A stretch of 64,000 bases of DNA from Nannocystales bacterium. Its GTDB lineage: Bacteria > Myxococcota_A > Polyangia > Nannocystales > Nannocystaceae. Under the pieces are notes generated by a model. It was not told where the DNA came from. It saw nothing but the letters and a program-made list of their open reading frames with translations, and ran no database searches. This document shows, one piece after another, positions 60,053 through 64,000 of this stretch. The stretch lies in NCBI GenBank assembly GCA_050633305.1, contig JBOEGF010000018.1:64001-128000 (forward strand). The letters are read 5' to 3'. The first letter of the stretch is position 1, and each line of letters begins with the position of its first letter. Position numbers and translations under genes: made by a program.

Positions 60053-61579
60053 TCACCGGCCTCGATACTCTTTGACGATGATCGCCCGCCGGCCGAAGAC
60101 CTCGTTGCCACGGGGACGATAACGTGCGCGGCCCATCGTGCGCATGACTCGGTTGAGAGCGGTCTGCCGCTGCTTGGTCGAGATGTGCGACCACACCACG
60201 AAGACCTGAGACGGCTCGTCATCCCGCAGCCGACTGAGCAGGGCTTGCGGATCGTCGGACACAACCTCCGCCCCGTCGACCGGGTAGACGCGCAGCGTGG
60301 GCCACAGGATCTCGTGCGGCACCATGACGATGAGCGCTCCGGGTTCGCTGCGCTCGGCGATCCACGCGGACGCCTGGTCCCACGGCTCGAACGAACCTCC
60401 GCGAGCGCGCTTTCGGAGTTTCGTCGTGTGCTGCTGTCCGAGCATTCGCGAGGGGGCGGCACCGAGCATGAGACCGAGGCCAAGGAGAATCATCGTCGGG
60501 ACTCGTCCGGTCCACCGCTGAGGGAGCCGGCCGGGTGCCGCGGCCAGGGCAGCCACGCCCGCGCAGGCGAGAATGCCGACAACGCCCACCGACGGAAAGA
60601 AGTACCGAAGCACGATGAAGTGCGAGGGGGCCCGAACGAGGAGCGGGACGACCGGAAGGAGCGCAACGAGCAAGCCGAGCGCAACGAGGCCGCGACGGCG
60701 GCCTGGGGTGAGCAGGAGGGCGGAACCCAACAGCACAGGCGTCGTCCAGGTGTACTCGGCGAGCGACACCAGAGCGTGGCTCATCCGCTTGAGGCCCTTG
60801 GCGGCGCCCGGCGCCGAAGCGAAGCGGGCGGTGTCGTCTCCGGTCACGGCAACGCCGACGGCGATCGCCAGCGGCAGGATGAACAGGGCCGCGAGGACGG
60901 TCGCGCGCAGGAGTTCCTTTCGAGCTCGAGCGTCTCGTCCGCGGGTCAGCAGCCACAACGCAGCCGCGAGCGGAACGACGAAGGTCGCCGCGAGCAAGTG
61001 CATCCCGACCATGCTGGCCACACTCAGCGCCAGGCCCCAGCTCGCAGCTCGTCGCCAGCGCGGTGCGCCCCAGAACCCAAGCACTCGGGCACCGCATGCA
61101 ATCGCGACCGCGGAGAGCAGCAACAAGAGGGTGTATCCGCGAGCTTGGTCCGCGTACTTGAGAAGGTACGGAAGCGTCGGCCACATCCATGCCGCCGTGA
61201 AGGCAGCGACCCAGCCGAACATCCGACCGGCGAGCATCACCAAAACGGCGCAGGCTCCGGCGGCGCCCAGCACTGATGGTAGGCGTGCACAGCTCGCATT
61301 GACGCCGCAGGTCGCCAACATCCCGCGGAGCGCGATCGAGTAGATCGGCGGGTGAACCGAGGTCCCCCGTTCGGTGCGCATCGCGAGCATGTCGGCCCAC
61401 GGACGCTGGGCATCGACGACCGAGTAGGCCTCGTCCAGCCACATCGAAGTTGCATCGATCCGGGACAAGCCAAGGCCGAGCGCGACCAGTAACGACACCG
61501 TCGCGAGAACGCCGAGGAGTCGAACCGCCCGCGGAGCCTCCACGGGCTTCATCTGCAACAGTGATGCGCGCCAGTCCAC
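60053..61579 (-). CDS. GT-C fold (family 39/PMT-like) membrane glycosyltransferase
   Basis: SMWLDEAYS, HPPIY, ARLPSV, YADQARGY; many TM helices. Confidence 0.85.
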   Translation of the reverse strand: MDWRASLLQMKPVEAPRAVRLLGVLATVSLLVALGLGLSRIDATSMWLDEAYSVVDAQRPWADMLAMRTERGTSVHPPIYSIALRGMLATCGVNASCARLPSVLGAAGACAVLVMLAGRMFGWVAAFTAAWMWPTLPYLLKYADQARGYTLLLLLSAVAIACGARVLGFWGAPRWRRAASWGLALSVASMVGMHLLAATFVVPLAAALWLLTRGRDARARKELLRATVLAALFILPLAIAVGVAVTGDDTARFASAPGAAKGLKRMSHALVSLAEYTWTTPVLLGSALLLTPGRRRGLVALGLLVALLPVVPLLVRAPSHFIVLRYFFPSVGVVGILACAGVAALAAAPGRLPQRWTGRVPTMILLGLGLMLGAAPSRMLGQQHTTKLRKRARGGSFEPWDQASAWIAERSEPGALIVMVPHEILWPTLRVYPVDGAEVVSDDPQALLSRLRDDEPSQVFVVWSHISTKQRQTALNRVMRTMGRARYRPRGNEVFGRRAIIVKEYRGR

Positions 61580-61625
61580 GGCGGGCTCACCCTACAACGT
61601 CCACGAGGCGCTCGGGGTTCAGGCT

Positions 61626-62267
61626 TCAGAGGGTGGCGAGGATGTCTTCTGGGCTTGTCGCCCAGTGGTCAGGCTGAGCCGACTCGAGCGCGACACGATC
61701 TCTGAAACCCCACGTCACTGCGATACTTCGCACGTTTGCCGCGTGTGCAGCCTGCATGTCAACGGATGTGTCTCCTACGTACACCGCGTCCGACGGGGGT
61801 ACACCGAGTGTCGCGCACGCGGTGAGGATCCCGGTGGGGTCTGGCTTGCGGGGGATGTCCGGCGACTCTCCCGTCACGAAGCCGAACGCGGTGTCGGGGA
61901 AGAGAACCCCCACGATATGGGTGGTCATCTCGTGCGGCTTGTTACTGACCACCCCGAGCGGGATCCCACGTTCGACGAGCGTCTCGAGGAGCTGCGGAAT
62001 GCCGGGGAAGGGGAGGGTGCGGTCCGTCGAGTGCTGGTGGTAGTGCACTCGGATCTCAGCCAGGAGCGACTCGACGAGGTGTGGGGTGGCGTGGGAGCCC
62101 AAGGCTTGCTCCACCAGCGAGCCAATTCCGTGCCCGACGAAGCCGCGAATGGCATCGAGCGTGTGGGTCGGCAGGCCGGCAGCGGCCAGGCAGACGTTTG
62201 TGGAGGCCGCGATGTCCCCCAGCGAATCCACCAACGTTCCGTCGAGGTCGAACAGCACCGCTGTCAT
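61626..62267 (-). CDS. gph: HAD family hydrolase (phosphoglycolate phosphatase-like)
   Basis: FDLDGTLVDS, VVSNK, KPDP, YVGDTSVD, VTWGFR. Confidence 0.88.
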   Translation of the reverse strand: MTAVLFDLDGTLVDSLGDIAASTNVCLAAAGLPTHTLDAIRGFVGHGIGSLVEQALGSHATPHLVESLLAEIRVHYHQHSTDRTLPFPGIPQLLETLVERGIPLGVVSNKPHEMTTHIVGVLFPDTAFGFVTGESPDIPRKPDPTGILTACATLGVPPSDAVYVGDTSVDMQAAHAANVRSIAVTWGFRDRVALESAQPDHWATSPEDILATL

Positions 62268-62468
62268 GGGTGCAGTCTGGGCTACGAGACGCGCAGTCGC
62301 TCGTAAAACAACGTCACGGGGCTCTGGTGACCCTCTGCCCCGGTGGGGCAGGCTGCCTCAGAAGGCACGTCTACTGCAAAACTCTCGAAACCCCCGAGAA
62401 GACGACGGATCCGGCTCGTGACTTCGGCCCTTGCTGCGCTGGCGAAGCCCGTGCAAGCTTCCCGCGCT

Positions 62469-63326
62469 GTGACCACCCTTCGAACTGCTTTGAAGCTCTC
62501 GTCCCTTCTTTTCGCCACCTCCCTCATGGGCATGGTCGGTGGCTGCAAGAAGCCCGAGTACCCCGTCTGCAAAAAGGACAAGCACTGCAAGGCGGACCTC
62601 GGTGAGACCTGCGTCGACGGGACGTGTCAAAACTGCAAGACCGACGCGGAGTGCGTGGACAAGGGCCCTGAGGGCGCTGCCGCGTTCGTGTGTCACGAGT
62701 TCCGCTGCATGGACCCGGCCGAGGCTGCAGCGCTCAGCAATGGCGGAGATGGCGACGGGGAGCTCAACGCTCCGTGCGCCCAGAAGTTGGACTGCTTCGG
62801 TGGCCTTGTTTGCACCGCCGGCGCCTGCTCGGCGTGCAGCGACGACATTGAGTGCTCACCTGGCACCTGCGAGCTGGCCACCGGCCGCTGCTCGGCTTCG
62901 GGTCAGTGCCAGACCGATGACCAATGCCCCATGGACGAAATCTGTGACGGCGGCATGTGTGTCTTCTCGGGCGACTACGGCGGCGACGGCGAGGGCAACG
63001 GCCCTTGTGGCGTGGATGCCATCTTCTTCGCCTTCGACTCCAACAAGCTCACCCCGCAAGCCGAAGAGTCCCTGACCACCGCGGCGGAGTGCATCATCAA
63101 CGAGAACCGCGGCATCTTCCTCGAGGCGCACGCCGACTCGCTGGGCACCGAGGAGTACAACATCCTCCTCACCGAGCGTCGCGGCCAGAGCGTCAAAGGT
63201 GCACTCTCCGAGAAGGGCGTCCCCGGCGAGTTGATGCAGGTCATCGCCAAGGGGTCGCTCGAGGCTGCAGGCAGCAACGAGTCCGAGCGCAGCAAGGACC
63301 GCCGGGTCGAGATCATCTGGCAATGA
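62469..63326 (+). CDS. OmpA/Pal-like peptidoglycan-binding lipoprotein with Cys-rich N-terminal repeats
   Basis: Lipobox VGGC; C..D..C repeats; IFFAFDS, HADSLGTEEYN..L.ERR, DRRVE. Confidence 0.88.
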   Translation: MTTLRTALKLSSLLFATSLMGMVGGCKKPEYPVCKKDKHCKADLGETCVDGTCQNCKTDAECVDKGPEGAAAFVCHEFRCMDPAEAAALSNGGDGDGELNAPCAQKLDCFGGLVCTAGACSACSDDIECSPGTCELATGRCSASGQCQTDDQCPMDEICDGGMCVFSGDYGGDGEGNGPCGVDAIFFAFDSNKLTPQAEESLTTAAECIINENRGIFLEAHADSLGTEEYNILLTERRGQSVKGALSEKGVPGELMQVIAKGSLEAAGSNESERSKDRRVEIIWQ

Positions 63327-63353
63327 GCTGGAGCTTCCGCCGGTGCGGAACTC

Positions 63354-63388
63354 GGGCCCGCCTCTTCGGAGGTTGGGCCCTTTTCTTT
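63354..63388 (+). terminator. Intrinsic terminator after the OmpA-like gene
   Basis: GGGCCCGCCTC-TTCG-GAGGTTGGGCCC followed by TTTTCTTT. Confidence 0.85.
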
Positions 63389-63512
63389 GGTTTGGTGACC
63401 CCCTCGGACCCGGACGCACCGACAGGGCTGGCGCTGGACATCCCGGGGCTCGAGCAAAAAACCTTCAGAAACTTCCTTGACGATGTCCTGAGGCGGCACT
63501 AAACCCCAGTCC

Positions 63513-63675
63513 ATGTCGAGGCCAGCCAACACGTCCGAGTTCGGACGCAAGAACCACCCGCGCCGCCTTGGATGCGATGTGGTGGAGATGCTGGTCTAGC
63601 GGCTTGCCTGTCTCGTGGGGTCATTCCCACGCCTGAGACTCCGGTAGCCGCCCGACATCGTCGAGGCGGCTTTTT
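63513..63675 (+). promoter_or_regulatory. Putative transcription attenuator (leader ORFs, antiterminator, terminator)
   Basis: Terminator GCCGCC-CGACATCGTCGA-GGCGGC-TTTTT at 63647-63675. Its 5' arm can alternatively pair with GCGGCTTGCC at 63599-63608. Short ORFs at 63513-63599 and 63577-63636. Confidence 0.6.
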
Positions 63676-63703
63676 CGTGTCCCCGACGAACCTGATCTCC
63701 GGC

Positions 63704-64000
63704 GCTCCCCATCGCACGGGCCGCACACGCCCGGCCTACAGCCAACTGCCTGTCACGCAGTCGTCCTGAAAAGACGATCAAACGGCCCGTGCACTCGGGA
63801 GCCCACCTTTCCCCTCGGCCGAGACTCCGTATGGAGTGGCCAAGTTCTCTTCGCGTCCAACGAGGAAGCCCAACACGCAACTACGCGGGTTCGATCCCCG
63901 CACTCAAACCAAAAAAGCAGAGGTCATGCCCGGTGGACGGGCGTCCGGCAGGAAGCCGGATCGACAATGGCTTCATCACTCGGACGCGAAACCAACTTCT
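63704..64000 (+). ncRNA. Candidate structured RNA with tRNA-like modules (probably continues past the window)
   Basis: Multi-branch stem 63704-63802, anticodon-like hairpins, T-arm GCGGG-TTCGATC-CCCGC at 63885-63901, further hairpins; no credible ORF. Confidence 0.5.

Noticed and set aside
63572..63912. tmRNA, 6S RNA or a complete tRNA
   Set aside because: No tmRNA 5' end or tag ORF, no acceptor stem matching the T-arm, and an internal terminator that is inconsistent with 6S. A covariance-model search is needed to exclude these fully.

Overview
High-GC window, almost certainly from a myxobacterium (Myxococcota, Nannocystis/Enhygromyxa-like). The evidence is the gene content: a MYXO-CTERM protein, many Cys-rich lipoproteins, a TPR Ser/Thr kinase, and DUF2330 and choice-of-anchor-L proteins. 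All family calls come from motif recognition by eye, without database searches. Most of the window is a mosaic of single accessory genes plus one tRNA-Arg(ACG). Highlights: (1) a hidden multidomain selenoprotein at 50245-51993 (lipoprotein + beta-propeller + Ig-like + thioredoxin-fold domain), with in-frame TGA in W-U-T-A-C and a SECIS-like hairpin, which the ORF track splits in two; (2) a densely structured non-coding region at ~63510-64000 with leader ORFs, a mutually exclusive terminator/antiterminator, anticodon-stem-loop-like hairpins and an isolated T-arm; (3) a translationally coupled Hsp90 paralogue/TPR-like gene pair at 30395-34485; (4) a conflict island at ~36.9-50.2 kb with an intact PAAR-like Rhs toxin (Ntox21-type tip), its immunity gene, a decayed IS66 with an 8-bp target-site duplication, and several gene remnants; (5) twin back-to-back ECF promoters, and many genes with a TAnnnT hexamer 6-9 nt before the start codon, suggesting widespread leaderless transcription.
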